DNA of 64,000 nt. Source: an uncultured Alphaproteobacteria bacterium (GTDB lineage Bacteria; Pseudomonadota; Alphaproteobacteria; Rhizobiales; Xanthobacteraceae). The stretch lies in NCBI GenBank assembly GCA_963791925.1, contig CAWBUA010000003.1:296604-360603 (forward strand), read 5' to 3'. A program made the translations under genes and the position numbers. Below, one piece after another: positions 9,486-20,870 of this stretch; positions within the stretch are counted from its first letter, which is position 1, and each line of letters starts with the position of its first letter. The notes under the pieces were generated by a model. The model had not been told where the DNA came from, did not search any database, and saw only the letters and a list, made by a program, of their open reading frames with translations.

Positions 9486-10181
9486 ATGCTCGAAGCACAA
9501 GCCATCGATCTGCACTACGGCGCCGCTCAGGCGCTTCGCGCGGTGTCGCTCAAGGCGGAGCCCGGCAAAGTCACCTGCGTGCTCGGTCGCAACGGCGTCG
9601 GCAAAACAAGCCTTCTGGACGCGCTTGCCGGTCATATCCCGGTAAGCAACGGCAAAATCACGTGGGAGGGCAGCGACATCACCGCCCTGCGGCCGCCCGA
9701 GCGCGCCCGGCGCGGTATCGCTTACGTGCCCCAGGGGCGCGAAATCTTCCCGCTGCTCACGGTCGAGGAGAATCTGAAAACCGGATTTGCGCCCTTGCCG
9801 CGCGGCGAGCGCAACCTGCCTGAGGACGTGTTCTCGCTGTTCCCCGTGCTTAAGGGCATGCTGCGTCGACGCGGCGGCGACCTTTCCGGCGGCCAGCAGC
9901 AGCAGCTCGCGATCGGCCGCGCGCTGGTGATGCGGCCGCGGCTGCTTTTGCTCGACGAGCCGACCGAGGGCATCCAACCCTCGATCATCAAGGATATCGG
10001 GCGCGCCATCGATTACCTGCGATCGCTCGGCAAGATCGCCATCGTGCTGGTCGAGCAATATCTCGACTTCGCCCGGGAACTGGGCGACTATTTCGCGGTA
10101 ATGGACCGGGGAGCCGTGGTCTATTCGTGCGACCGCGACACGATCGATGAAGCGGCGCTGAAGCGGGCCATGGCCATTTGA
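9486..10181 (+). CDS. urtE: Urea ABC transporter ATP-binding protein UrtE
   Basis: Walker A GRNGVGKTS, signature LSGGQQQQLAIG, Walker B LLLLDEP. Last gene of the urt operon. Confidence 0.9.
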   Translation: MLEAQAIDLHYGAAQALRAVSLKAEPGKVTCVLGRNGVGKTSLLDALAGHIPVSNGKITWEGSDITALRPPERARRGIAYVPQGREIFPLLTVEENLKTGFAPLPRGERNLPEDVFSLFPVLKGMLRRRGGDLSGGQQQQLAIGRALVMRPRLLLLDEPTEGIQPSIIKDIGRAIDYLRSLGKIAIVLVEQYLDFARELGDYFAVMDRGAVVYSCDRDTIDEAALKRAMAI

Positions 10182-10215
10182 ACCCAATTGGCCGCGCCGA
10201 CGTGACGTTTGATCG

Positions 10216-11067
10216 ATGAACCTCGATGATGTGGCGATGCCAACCGTGCAGCCAAGCAATGAAGTTTTTGCCGGCAATCGCGCGACCGGCCGGATCGCGC
10301 TGAGCATTGCGGCGATGTCTGGTGACAGCCGGCCGGCCCATGTCCATGAATCCGGATCGCTCCGGGTCCGCTTCCCGCATCGCGAGGGCGAGGTTCTCGA
10401 CGCGGTCATTGTCAACACCGGCGGCGGCATGACCGGCGGCGATCGGTTCAGCCTTGATATCGATGTTGCCGCCGGCGCGCAGGCGAGGTTGACTACCGCT
10501 GCCGCGGAAAAAATCTATCGCTCGTTGGGTCCTGATGCCGTGCTGGACGTCAAACTCACTGTCGGCTCCGGTGGAATGCTGGCGTGGCTGCCCCAGGAGA
10601 CCATACTGTTCGATCGATCGCGGCTGCGGCGCACGATCGACGCCGATGTTGCGGCCGGCGCCGGTCTGCTTGTCGCGGAAGGCGCTATCTTCGGTCGCTC
10701 CGCCATGGGCGAGAGCGTCAAGTCAGGAAGCTTTTTCGACCGCTGGCGCATACGGGTCGGCGGCACTCTTGTTTTCGCCGATGCTATCCGTCTCGATGGC
10801 GGCATAGCGCAGGCTTTGGCCGAACGTCCCGTCGCCGCCGCCGGCGTCGCGATTGCAAGCGTGGTCAAGGTTCCCGGCAATGAGGAAAACGTAGCAGCGG
10901 TGCGGGCGCATCAGCAAGATTTTGCCGGTGAGGTCGGAGTATCTTCCTGGAATGGGCTTGCGATGGTGCGTTGTGTCGCTGCCGGCAGCGCGGTGCTGCG
11001 GCACGATTTAATGCAAGTGCTGACGGCGCTCGGTGCCGCGCCTTTGCCGCGGCTGTGGGTAAACTAG
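10216..11067 (+). CDS. ureD: Urease accessory protein UreD
   Basis: 283 aa immediately upstream of ureA. Contains the GGMTGGD motif typical of UreD/UreH. Confidence 0.85.
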   Translation: MNLDDVAMPTVQPSNEVFAGNRATGRIALSIAAMSGDSRPAHVHESGSLRVRFPHREGEVLDAVIVNTGGGMTGGDRFSLDIDVAAGAQARLTTAAAEKIYRSLGPDAVLDVKLTVGSGGMLAWLPQETILFDRSRLRRTIDADVAAGAGLLVAEGAIFGRSAMGESVKSGSFFDRWRIRVGGTLVFADAIRLDGGIAQALAERPVAAAGVAIASVVKVPGNEENVAAVRAHQQDFAGEVGVSSWNGLAMVRCVAAGSAVLRHDLMQVLTALGAAPLPRLWVN

Positions 11068-11069
11068 CC

Positions 11070-11372
11070 ATGCAGCTTACGCCGCGCGAAAAGGACAAAC
11101 TTCTGATCTCTATGGCGGCAATCGTGGCGCGGCGTCGCCTGACACGCGGCGTCAAGCTCAATCACCCCGAAGCCATCGCGTTGATCTCGGACTTCATCCT
11201 GGAAGGCGCGCGCGACGGGCGCAGCGTCGCCGAACTGATGGAGCAGGGCGCCCACGTGCTCACCCGTGCGCAGGTGATGGACGGCATTGCCGAGATGATC
11301 CCCGAGATCCAGGTCGAGGCGACATTTCCGGATGGGACCAAGCTTGTGACCGTGCACCAGCCGATACGGTGA
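11070..11372 (+). CDS. ureA: Urease gamma subunit UreA
   Basis: 100 aa, [39 protein letters not shown]..., a near-canonical UreA sequence. Confidence 0.95.
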   Translation: MQLTPREKDKLLISMAAIVARRRLTRGVKLNHPEAIALISDFILEGARDGRSVAELMEQGAHVLTRAQVMDGIAEMIPEIQVEATFPDGTKLVTVHQPIR

Positions 11373-11419
11373 GGTATGTTTTGAGTTCTGACACTGCGAT
11401 TTGAAGAGCGATCGACCGA

Positions 11420-11902
11420 ATGCCGTACGAGTTCGATCCAATAGCGCAGAAGCTAAACGAGCTCGTAGGGGGTCAAGAGCTTTACTTTGGTTTACTTTGC
11501 TTCGATGGATTAAGCCTTGCGGAGAAAGTGCTAATTGGAACTTGGGAGTTGGTCAACGAACTTTATAACGGCGGGTTTCCGCAATATTTTTGTAATTCGA
11601 GCCGTGATCGGGCCGAGCCCATGATCCAGTTGCTGCACACCGTCGATGCCCATCGTGCCGGCGCCATGCTTGAAGAGGTGACTGCATTGATCGGCCCGGG
11701 GAGCCGCTTTGGTAGTGAGCGCAGCAGTGCGGCAGTCCGTAATTCGATGCCGGAGGAGATGCGGCAAAGAGTGAGAAGCCTTGAGCGCGCGTTCTACGAT
11801 GATCTAGATAATCTGCACCTTCTGGTCTTCAAATACCTGTCGAAGCATCGCGGTGAGATCGATGTGCCTTCCGATTTTTGGACGGAGCCATTAGACAAAT
11901 GA
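11420..11902 (+). CDS. DUF4375 / DMP19-like protein inserted between ureA and ureB
   Basis: 160 aa with [20 protein letters not shown], resembling the NGGFxQYFxNS core of DUF4375 (DMP19 C-terminal domain). Visibly lower GC than its neighbours. Its stop overlaps the ureB ATG (ATGA). Confidence 0.55.
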   Translation: MPYEFDPIAQKLNELVGGQELYFGLLCFDGLSLAEKVLIGTWELVNELYNGGFPQYFCNSSRDRAEPMIQLLHTVDAHRAGAMLEEVTALIGPGSRFGSERSSAAVRNSMPEEMRQRVRSLERAFYDDLDNLHLLVFKYLSKHRGEIDVPSDFWTEPLDK

Positions 11903-12204
11903 TCCCTGGCGAATTCCTCATCAAGGACGGTATAATCGAATTCAACAAGGGCCGCCGCACCGTCACGTTGACCGTGGCCAATGCCGGCGATCGGCCGATC
12001 CAGGTCGGCTCGCACTACCATTTCTTCGAAACCAACCCGGCGCTGCAGTTCGACCGCAAGAAAGCGCGCGGCATGCGGCTTGATATCGCGGCTGGCACCG
12101 CCGTGCGCTTCGAACCGGGACAGACGCGCGAGGTTACGTTGGTGGCGCTGGCCGGCAAGCGCGCAGTATACGGCTTCCGGCAGGAGATTATGGGCAAGCT
12201 TTAG
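11899..12204 (+). CDS. ureB: Urease beta subunit UreB
   Basis: [46 protein letters not shown]... is a canonical UreB. Confidence 0.95.
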   Translation: MIPGEFLIKDGIIEFNKGRRTVTLTVANAGDRPIQVGSHYHFFETNPALQFDRKKARGMRLDIAAGTAVRFEPGQTREVTLVALAGKRAVYGFRQEIMGKL

Positions 12205-12276
12205 CGCGCGATCCGGAATGCGACCCGGAAGATGGCTGCCGACTTTTCGGAAATGTCATAGACGAGGAGCGGTGCA

Positions 12277-13335
12277 ATGACCTCGGCAATGGAAATCGGT
12301 CTGATTTTGCAAGGCGGCGGCGCGCTTGGCGCCTACGAGTGGGGCGGCATTCTGGCGCTGTTCGATCTGATGGATGAGGCGGCCAGAGCCGGACGGAAGG
12401 TTACGCTGCGCGTCGTCACCGGGGTTTCGATCGGCGCGATCAACGCAGCGTGCGTGGTCGGCGCCGGCGATCGCAGCGACGCGCGGCGGCGCCTCGGCGC
12501 ATTATGGAACGACTTTATGATCAAGGCGCCGGCTTTCGTGCCTGCGGCGGTGACCTCCAATGTCGCACTGTTCGAGGTTCCGCATTTCTACCGGTACTCG
12601 CCAAGCTGGAACTTTACTTACCTGTATCAAACAAGAGCGCTCCTGAAGACGCTCTCGGAACACGTGGATTTTGCGGCGCTCAACGCAAACAAGACGGCGT
12701 TCGTCGTCACCTCCGTCGACGTAAAAAGCGGACAGCTCGCCTGTTTTGCGAACCAAAGCGTCGGCGAAATCGCGCCCAGGAGGATCGAGCCGAGGCACGT
12801 CCTTGCCAGCGGCAGCCTGGCGCCGCAATTTCCCTGGACGCAAATCGGCGAGGGCCAAGAGGCGCATTATTACTGGGACGGCGGTCTTGTCGACAACACG
12901 CCGCTTGGCGCCGCGATCGATGCTTTTCATGCGGACCCGAATGTCGGCAAGCTCCTGGTGGTGATGAATCTGTTTCCCCTGCAATCGAATTTGCCGAGCA
13001 GCTATACTGAAGTCAGCCAACGCGTCGATCAGCTCCGCTTCGGCAACCGCCTGCGTCAGGACACCAGCACCGCCAAGCAGTTCAACAAACTGATATCGGT
13101 TATCGAGCGCCTTGCCGCGCTCGTTCCGCAATTGCCGGCCGAGCTGCGCGATCTCCTGGCCACCTACAAGATCGTCGAGCCGATCGAAATCTCGCTTGGT
13201 CCGGCAGATTCCTTGACCGATCCATACGGCTTCCACGACTTCTCGCAGCGAGGCATTGAAGCGCGGCGTGACCGCGGCAAGGCCATCACCGAAGCCACGC
13301 TGAGACCGTTCTTCGCCGACAAGATTGCCGCCTGA
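12277..13335 (+). CDS. Patatin-like phospholipase inserted between ureB and ureC
   Basis: Oxyanion motif [12 protein letters not shown], nucleophile elbow GVSIG (GxSxG) and a later DGG motif ([12 protein letters not shown]). GAGGAG RBS. Confidence 0.85.
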   Translation: MTSAMEIGLILQGGGALGAYEWGGILALFDLMDEAARAGRKVTLRVVTGVSIGAINAACVVGAGDRSDARRRLGALWNDFMIKAPAFVPAAVTSNVALFEVPHFYRYSPSWNFTYLYQTRALLKTLSEHVDFAALNANKTAFVVTSVDVKSGQLACFANQSVGEIAPRRIEPRHVLASGSLAPQFPWTQIGEGQEAHYYWDGGLVDNTPLGAAIDAFHADPNVGKLLVVMNLFPLQSNLPSSYTEVSQRVDQLRFGNRLRQDTSTAKQFNKLISVIERLAALVPQLPAELRDLLATYKIVEPIEISLGPADSLTDPYGFHDFSQRGIEARRDRGKAITEATLRPFFADKIAA

Positions 13336-13345
13336 GGAGCCGCCG

Positions 13346-15058
<1,713 letters not shown>

Positions 15059-15076
15059 AATTGAGGATTGCCCGCG

Positions 15077-15532
15077 ATGCGCGCCATTGCGATCAAACCG
15101 GCGGATAGCTGGTCGGGCGAGGCCACCGATCGCGTCGTGCTCGACTACGACGATCGCCATCGCCGGCGTATCGCCATGACCGGCAGCAAAGGCACCGCCT
15201 TTTTGCTCGACCTGCCGTCGTCGGCGGAACTGCGCGGCGGCGATGCGCTCTTGCTGGAGGACGGACGCCTGATCGAAATCGTCGCCGCGCCGGAAGCGCT
15301 GCTGGAAATTCGCTGCGCTGATGCAAGGCATCTCGCGCGAGTCGCTTGGCACATCGGCAATCGCCACGTCCCGGCGCAGATGTTGAGCCATGCGCTGCGC
15401 ATCCGCCGCGATCACGTTCTTGCCGATCTGGCGCGGCAGCTCGGCGCCGAAGTCGCGGAGATCGAGGCGCCATTCACGCCGGAAGGCGGCGCCTACCGAA
15501 GCGCGGCCACGCATGTTCATGAGCATGTCTAA
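15077..15532 (+). CDS. ureE: Urease accessory protein UreE
   Basis: Follows ureC. Motif [14 protein letters not shown] is typical of UreE. His-containing C-terminus (THVHEHV). Confidence 0.8.
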   Translation: MRAIAIKPADSWSGEATDRVVLDYDDRHRRRIAMTGSKGTAFLLDLPSSAELRGGDALLLEDGRLIEIVAAPEALLEIRCADARHLARVAWHIGNRHVPAQMLSHALRIRRDHVLADLARQLGAEVAEIEAPFTPEGGAYRSAATHVHEHV

Positions 15533-16304
15533 GACGCGGCCATTCGTTCGCGCGTCCGCACGAAAGCGGGGCCCGCGCCTGGGGTCCGGCTTGTGCGGCG
15601 AGGCGCGGTCGGGGCCTGATCGTCTCGAAGCCGCAGCGCTCTATCGGCTGATGGCATGGCTGTCGCCGGCCTATCCGGTCGGCGCATTTTCCTATTCGAG
15701 CGGCATCGAATGGGCGGTCGAAGCCGGCGACATTGGCGATGCTCATACGCTGCGCCGCTGGATCGAAGTCATGCTCACGGCCGGCGCCGGCATGAGCGAC
15801 GGTGTTTTCTTCAGCCATGCCCACCGGGCGGTGGCTTGCGGCGACGATGCGGCGCTTGTCGTGGTCGCCGAGCTTGCGGCGGCCTTCGTCCCGACCCGCG
15901 AACGCTTTCACGAAACCACGGCCATGGGGCGCGCCTTTCTCGACGTCACGCGAGCGGCCTGGCCATGTGCAGCACTCGACGGCCTGCTCGCGTTGTGGTC
16001 CGGCCCGCTTGCTTATCCGATTGCGGTTGGCACGGCCTGTGCCGGCCATGGCATCGCGCTTGACCTGGCGCTGCATGCATTTTTGACCGCGGTTTCGTCG
16101 AACTGGATTTCCGCGGGCATCCGGCTTGTTCCACTCGGGCATACGGATGGACAGCGCATCGCGAAAGCGCTCGAGCCCACAGTCACCGCAACGGCGCAAC
16201 GTGCCTTGGCGGCAACGCTCGACGAACTCGGCAGCGCGGTGTTCCGTGCCGACGTCGCCAGCGCCAGGCACGAAGCCCAATACACCCGTCTGTTTCGCAG
16301 CTAA
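15513..16304 (+). CDS. ureF: Urease accessory protein UreF
   Basis: [27 protein letters not shown] is a typical UreF block. The start is ambiguous between ATGs at 15513, 15519 and 15525, all overlapping the ureE end. Confidence 0.85.
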   Translation: MFMSMSKTRPFVRASARKRGPRLGSGLCGEARSGPDRLEAAALYRLMAWLSPAYPVGAFSYSSGIEWAVEAGDIGDAHTLRRWIEVMLTAGAGMSDGVFFSHAHRAVACGDDAALVVVAELAAAFVPTRERFHETTAMGRAFLDVTRAAWPCAALDGLLALWSGPLAYPIAVGTACAGHGIALDLALHAFLTAVSSNWISAGIRLVPLGHTDGQRIAKALEPTVTATAQRALAATLDELGSAVFRADVASARHEAQYTRLFRS

Positions 16305-16315
16305 AGGAAGCGCAA

Positions 16316-16936
16316 GTGCCAAGCTCGAACGGTCCGCTTCGCGTCGGCATCGGAGGTCCTGTCGGCTCCGGCAAGACCGCCTTGATGGATGCGCTGTGCA
16401 AAGCCATGCGCGAGACCTACGACATCGCCGCCATCACCAATGACATTTATACCAAGTGGGATGCCGAGTTTCTGGTCCGCTCCGGTTCGCTCGCCGCCGA
16501 CCGCATCGCCGGCGTCGAAACCGGCGGCTGCCCGCATACCGCGATCCGCGAAGATGCCTCGATGAATCTGGCTGCGGTTGCCGACATGCGGGCGAAATTC
16601 CCGGAGCTCGATCTGGTGCTGATCGAATCCGGCGGCGACAATCTTGCCGCGACCTTCTCGCCGGAACTCGCTGACCTGACCATTTACGTCATCGACGTCG
16701 CCGGGGGCGATAAGATTCCCTCGAAGGGCGGCCCCGGCATCACGCGGTCGGATCTTCTCGTCATCAACAAGGTCGATCTCGCGCCTCATGTCGGTGCGTC
16801 GCTCGAAAAAATGCAAGCCGACGCCAAACGCATGCGCGGCGCGCGCCCATTCGTAATGACCAATCTTCGCGCCGGCGACGGCGTGCCGGCGATCGTGAGC
16901 TTCATTGAAACGAAGGGCGGCTTGGCGGGGCGCTAG
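16316..16936 (+). CDS. ureG: Urease accessory GTPase UreG
   Basis: [22 protein letters not shown] (P-loop) and ESGGDNL. GTG start follows AAGGAAG. Confidence 0.95.
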   Translation: MPSSNGPLRVGIGGPVGSGKTALMDALCKAMRETYDIAAITNDIYTKWDAEFLVRSGSLAADRIAGVETGGCPHTAIREDASMNLAAVADMRAKFPELDLVLIESGGDNLAATFSPELADLTIYVIDVAGGDKIPSKGGPGITRSDLLVINKVDLAPHVGASLEKMQADAKRMRGARPFVMTNLRAGDGVPAIVSFIETKGGLAGR

Positions 16937-16968
16937 AGGGCCGGAGCAGCGGTCCCGATGACAGCCGA

Positions 16969-17379
16969 TCAATCGCGCGACGCTGCACGGCGTGTTTCTT
17001 CTGGATAGCTCGGCGGCGGCAGCACGGTGAGATCAAGCGCGCTTCGCGTCGGGTGAGGGTTGGTTTTGAGTCCGACGGTGGTCGTGCCCCAATCGCCGCA
17101 GTCGAGCGTCGTATACTTGATCCACTGGCGCAGTAAACGATTGTGCCGAAGCTCGCGGCGGATACGCAGCCCGAAATAGCCGGTGTGGGTGTTGTAAAAT
17201 CCAGGCGACTTGCCGCGCGCGCGGCCATGCCCGTGAACGAAGCGCAGCCGTGCCGCGCCCATCTCCCAGGCTTGCTGGACGATGGTTGCCATCGGCAGCC
17301 CGATGAAGTCGGCCGGTCGGTAGCCGTGCAGGTCGATCTTTGCAAGCAGCGCGTTGGGAGCTTCTGCCGACATCGCCAA
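16969..17379 (-). CDS. Smr domain-containing protein
   Basis: IDLHGYRPADFIGLPMATIVQQAWEMGAARLRFVHGHGRA resembles the Smr LDLHG...xHGxG pattern. Confidence 0.65.
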   Translation of the reverse strand: MAMSAEAPNALLAKIDLHGYRPADFIGLPMATIVQQAWEMGAARLRFVHGHGRARGKSPGFYNTHTGYFGLRIRRELRHNRLLRQWIKYTTLDCGDWGTTTVGLKTNPHPTRSALDLTVLPPPSYPEETRRAASRD

Positions 17380-17422
17380 CCTTTACAGGGATGATGCCGC
17401 TGTCGCGCAGCACCGGAATAGC

Positions 17423-17496
17423 TGGCTGGGGAACTAGGATTCGAACCTAGATTAACGGAGTCAGAGTCCGCAGTTCTACCGTTGAACTATTCCCCA
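17423..17496 (-). tRNA. tRNA-Gln (anticodon CUG), CCA encoded
   Basis: Reverse complement TGGGGAATAGTTCAACGGTAGAACTGCGGACTCTGACTCCGTTAATCTAGGTTCGAATCCTAGTTCCCCAGCCA folds as a cloverleaf. Acceptor TGGGGAA/TTCCCCA, D stem GTTC/GAAC, anticodon stem GCGGA/TCCGT with loop CTCTGAC, T stem CTAGG/CCTAG with TTCGAAT loop. Confidence 0.9.
17460..17496. repeat. Left copy (attL-like) of a 37-nt direct repeat, equal to nt 1-37 of tRNA-Gln
   Basis: gtcagagtccgcAgttctaccgttgaactattcccca matches 52916-52952 at 36 of 37 positions. Confidence 0.85.
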
Positions 17497-17539
17497 AAAC
17501 CTTTGCGGAACAAGCGCTTGTCATTCCGCTGCAACTTCC

Positions 17540-17557
17540 TAGCCTCGCTATAGCCTC
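17540..17557. repeat. 18-nt direct repeat TAGCCTCGCTATAGCCTC (left copy), a candidate arm-type recombinase site
   Basis: Identical 18-mer at 52775-52792. It contains two AGCCTC(G) heptamers 11 nt apart. Confidence 0.6.
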
Positions 17558-17724
17558 GGGTGAAAACATTCCGGGCGGTGGCCCGGGCAGGGTGTAGTCC
17601 ACCACCCGAAATTGGGCAAGCGCCTGCGCTATTGCGGCTCATGCTCACGTATGACCGCCGCCGCCCTTGCGGAGTGTCAAGCGCCGGGTTGGAATTCGCG
17701 CATGTCACTGGGCTTGTGTTGTCG

Positions 17725-18456
17725 TCACCATCGAGCCCATAGCCGTTTGGCCAATTGGTGCTCCTCCCGGCCGCTCACGTCGCCATAAATTGCGGTCGTG
17801 CGAAGCGACGCGTGGCCGAGCCATCGCTGGACCATGTGCGGCGGAACAGCTTGGAACGCGACCACTCCGAACGCGTGGCGCAAGCCCTTTGGCATGGCGG
17901 CGCTGCCGGAAATGCCCGCGTGCCTCATGACGTTCTTCACGTGGCGCCATCCGGTGCTGCAACTCCACTGCCACAGACGCCTGCCGGCGAGACCGACATC
18001 TTGCTCACGCTTCGGCAAATCAAAGACCGCGGCCAGCTCGTCGATCACTCGCGACGGCAGCGGCACTTGGCGTATGACGTGAGACCGGCGGCGTTTCAAC
18101 GTCTCTATGGCGACGATCCCGGCGTCGCGATCGATGGCGAGCGGGGTGATTGCCAATGCTTCGGAAACGCGGCAGCCGCTCCACATGAGTACCAGGCAAA
18201 ACACGCGAACCTGCGGAGGCATCGTCTCGGCCGCGGCGGCGAACCGCTGACGCTCCGTGGCATTGAGATATTTTCGCCCGCCGAAGTTCGTATGGAGGCT
18301 CATACTGTCGCGGGAGCGGCGAGCCACACTTGGGGATGAGACCGTTTGCTGCGCTCGATCGTGCAACACTATGGCCAATAGTGTTGCAATCGGATTCGCC
18401 AGCGTTTTGCGCGCGGTTGAGCGGAGGTGAAAAGCCTTTGTGAATCTCTTGGACAT
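17725..18456 (-). CDS. Small tyrosine recombinase / phage-integrase-family protein
   Basis: 243 aa. Catalytic-domain motifs SGCRVSEAL (Arg), GLRHAFG and WLGHASLRTTAIYGDV (His...Tyr). No long N-terminal arm-binding domain. Confidence 0.8.
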   Translation of the reverse strand: MSKRFTKAFHLRSTARKTLANPIATLLAIVLHDRAQQTVSSPSVARRSRDSMSLHTNFGGRKYLNATERQRFAAAAETMPPQVRVFCLVLMWSGCRVSEALAITPLAIDRDAGIVAIETLKRRRSHVIRQVPLPSRVIDELAAVFDLPKREQDVGLAGRRLWQWSCSTGWRHVKNVMRHAGISGSAAMPKGLRHAFGVVAFQAVPPHMVQRWLGHASLRTTAIYGDVSGREEHQLAKRLWARW

Positions 18457-18580
18457 ATTATTGGAGAATTATCTTGATAAATCAAAGCACTGAAACACTA
18501 TTGGCCATAGTGTACCAACTTTACCGGGGTGTGCATCTGCCTTCAGAAATTTCCACGCATTGGTGCCACGGGGGACGGCC

Positions 18581-19075
18581 ATGCGGAAAGTGCTTGTTGT
18601 TTGTATTGCGCTGTCCACCGCGCAGTGCGCTTCGACGCCGACCGTCGAGCAAGTCAATGCACAGCGCGCAAAATGGGAAGCTGACTGCAAACAAAAGGGA
18701 TATGCGCCTGACACGCAGGATTTTCAAACCTGCATTAGCCTCGCTCAGAGCCACGACCTGTCACAGCCGCTTTATAGCGGGGTGGCGGTCGGAGGTGCGA
18801 TGGGCGCGGCAGGTCTTGGCGCCATGCTTCTTGGGGCGTTTTCTGACATCCGCCTGAAGCGTGACATCGTCCGCGTGGGGCAACTTCCTAATGAAATTTC
18901 CCTGTATCGCTTCCGCTACAATTGGAGCGATGAGGAGTTTGTGGGCGTCATGGCGCAAGAGGTCCGACACATCATGCCCAAGGCGGTCATCGAAGGACCC
19001 GACGGATATCTTCGCGTCAACTACGGACTGCTCGGGTTGACGTTTATGACCTACGAACAATGGGCCGCCCAATGA
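18581..19075 (+). CDS. Secreted protein with C-terminal S74-type intramolecular chaperone (tail-fibre/endosialidase chaperone) domain
   Basis: N-terminal hydrophobic signal MRKVLVVCIALSTAQC. The C-terminal SDIRLKRDI...GVMAQEVRHIMPKAV...LRVNYGLL matches the SDxRxK...AQEV...P.AV pattern of Peptidase_S74. Confidence 0.65.
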   Translation: MRKVLVVCIALSTAQCASTPTVEQVNAQRAKWEADCKQKGYAPDTQDFQTCISLAQSHDLSQPLYSGVAVGGAMGAAGLGAMLLGAFSDIRLKRDIVRVGQLPNEISLYRFRYNWSDEEFVGVMAQEVRHIMPKAVIEGPDGYLRVNYGLLGLTFMTYEQWAAQ

Positions 19076-19128
19076 CGCCCTTCGGCTTGTGCTGCACGGC
19101 GGTCGGAGGCTGAACGGTTGAGGACCGG

Positions 19129-20859
19129 TTGAACTCGGAACCGGTGATTGCCAAGTATGCCCTGGGGGTTTGCGGGGGACTTGTGGGCATGGTTGCCGGC
19201 TTGTGCCGCGTTTTAGCGGCGCTGGCGATGTTGGCGGTTCCAGTCGTCGCCGTTGCGCAAGTCATTCCGCCGAGTGAGCAGCCCGGACGGGAGCGGCAGC
19301 AATTCATTCAGCCGCCCGCGCCGCTTGCACAGCCCGCCGCGCCAACGGTAACTTTGCCGAGCACGGTCGCGCCCAAAGGCGCCGAGAAGGTGTTTCTCCA
19401 TGTGCGCGGGGTTCGCATCGCCGGCTCGACGGTGTTCACCGCCGAGCAACTCGCGCCGCTGTATGCCGGTCTCATCGGCAAGCGTGTGTCGCTTGCGGCG
19501 ATCTACGAACTCGCGCAGCGCATCACGGCCAAATACGGCAGTGACGGCTACGTGTTGTCCCGCGCCGTCGTGCCGCCGCAGCAACTCGATCCCAAGGGCG
19601 CGGTCGTTCGCATCCAAGTCGTCGAAGGCTACATCGACAAGGTCGAATGGCCGCCGGGGCTTTCTCGCTACCGCGACTTTTTCACCGATTACGCCGCGCG
19701 GATTACCGCCCAGCGGCCGGCTAATATCCGCACCATCGAGCGCTATTTGCTCCTTGCCGGCGATTTGCCGGGCCTGAAATTTTCGAGCAGCTTGCGGCCG
19801 TCCAAAGAGACCAGTGCCTCGGTGCTCGTGGTTGCAGTTACCGAAAAGCCGTTTGACGCCAATGCGCACGTCGATAATCGCGGAACGGCGGCGCGCGGGC
19901 CGTTTGAATATTACGGCTCTGCGACCGTGAACAATTTGCTCGGGTGGCAGGAGGCGCTGACGCTGACGTATGCCGGCGTGGTGCCTCTCAAAGAACTCAA
20001 CTATGCCGCGGCCAATTACCGGCAGGTGCTTACCAGCGAAGGACTGGCGTTCTTTGCCGATTTCAGCGACGCCTGGGGCACGCCGGGAACGGCGTCGCTG
20101 GAAGCGCTGCAATACCGCACGCTCGGACCGTACGGCGACGCGGGGCTGTCGTATCCCGTCATCCGCTCGCGCGAGCGAAATCTTACGGTCTCGGGTCTGG
20201 GCTTCGCCAGCAACAGTGAGAGCGATGTATTGGGCGCGCCGTTTAACAACGACCGGCTGCGCGGCTTTCGCGCGCGGGCCGACGGCGACTTTGCCGACTC
20301 CTGGCAGGGCATCAATCAGGTCTACGGCATCGTCAGCCAAGGCATCAGGGGCCTGGGTAGCACGGCGAACGGCAATCCGCTGGCTTCGCGTGCCGTCGGC
20401 CGCGTCGATTTCAGCAAGGTCGAGGGATATGCCGGCCGCACGCAGCCGCTGCCAGCAAACTTTTCAACCTACATGGCGGCGTACGGCCAATATGCCTTTA
20501 CGCCGTTGCTAACTCCGGAACAATGCGGCTTCGGCGGCCGATATTTCGGCCGGGCGTTCGATCCGTCGCAACTACTGGGCGACTCCTGCATCGAAGCGAC
20601 CGGCGAGCTTCGATACGACTTCCGGTCCCTGCCGTGGCAGATTACGCAAGCGCAGTTCTACGGCTTCGCCGATTGGGGCGAGCTGCACACGCTCCAGGCG
20701 TCGCCCGGCACGCCGTCCATAGCCGATGCCGCGTCCGTGGGCGCCGGGACACGGCTGGGCTGGTCTAATCACATCGATGCCGACCTTTCCGTTGCGAAGG
20801 CAATCGAGGGGCCGCGCAACGACTGGCGGTTCTTTTTCGTCGTCGCGGCGAGGTATTAG
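19129..20859 (+). CDS. ShlB/FhaC/HecB-family two-partner secretion transporter (TpsB)
   Basis: POTRA-like block VRGVRIAGSTVFTAEQLAPLYAGLIGKRVSLAAIYELAQRITAKYGSDGYVLSRAVVPPQ...VVEGYIDKV, a beta-barrel C-terminus ending in aromatic residues, and a position directly upstream of the TPS-domain exoprotein. The start is uncertain (alternative ATG at 19189). Confidence 0.85.
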   Translation: MNSEPVIAKYALGVCGGLVGMVAGLCRVLAALAMLAVPVVAVAQVIPPSEQPGRERQQFIQPPAPLAQPAAPTVTLPSTVAPKGAEKVFLHVRGVRIAGSTVFTAEQLAPLYAGLIGKRVSLAAIYELAQRITAKYGSDGYVLSRAVVPPQQLDPKGAVVRIQVVEGYIDKVEWPPGLSRYRDFFTDYAARITAQRPANIRTIERYLLLAGDLPGLKFSSSLRPSKETSASVLVVAVTEKPFDANAHVDNRGTAARGPFEYYGSATVNNLLGWQEALTLTYAGVVPLKELNYAAANYRQVLTSEGLAFFADFSDAWGTPGTASLEALQYRTLGPYGDAGLSYPVIRSRERNLTVSGLGFASNSESDVLGAPFNNDRLRGFRARADGDFADSWQGINQVYGIVSQGIRGLGSTANGNPLASRAVGRVDFSKVEGYAGRTQPLPANFSTYMAAYGQYAFTPLLTPEQCGFGGRYFGRAFDPSQLLGDSCIEATGELRYDFRSLPWQITQAQFYGFADWGELHTLQASPGTPSIADAASVGAGTRLGWSNHIDADLSVAKAIEGPRNDWRFFFVVAARY

Positions 20860-20870
20860 GGGCGCATGCG

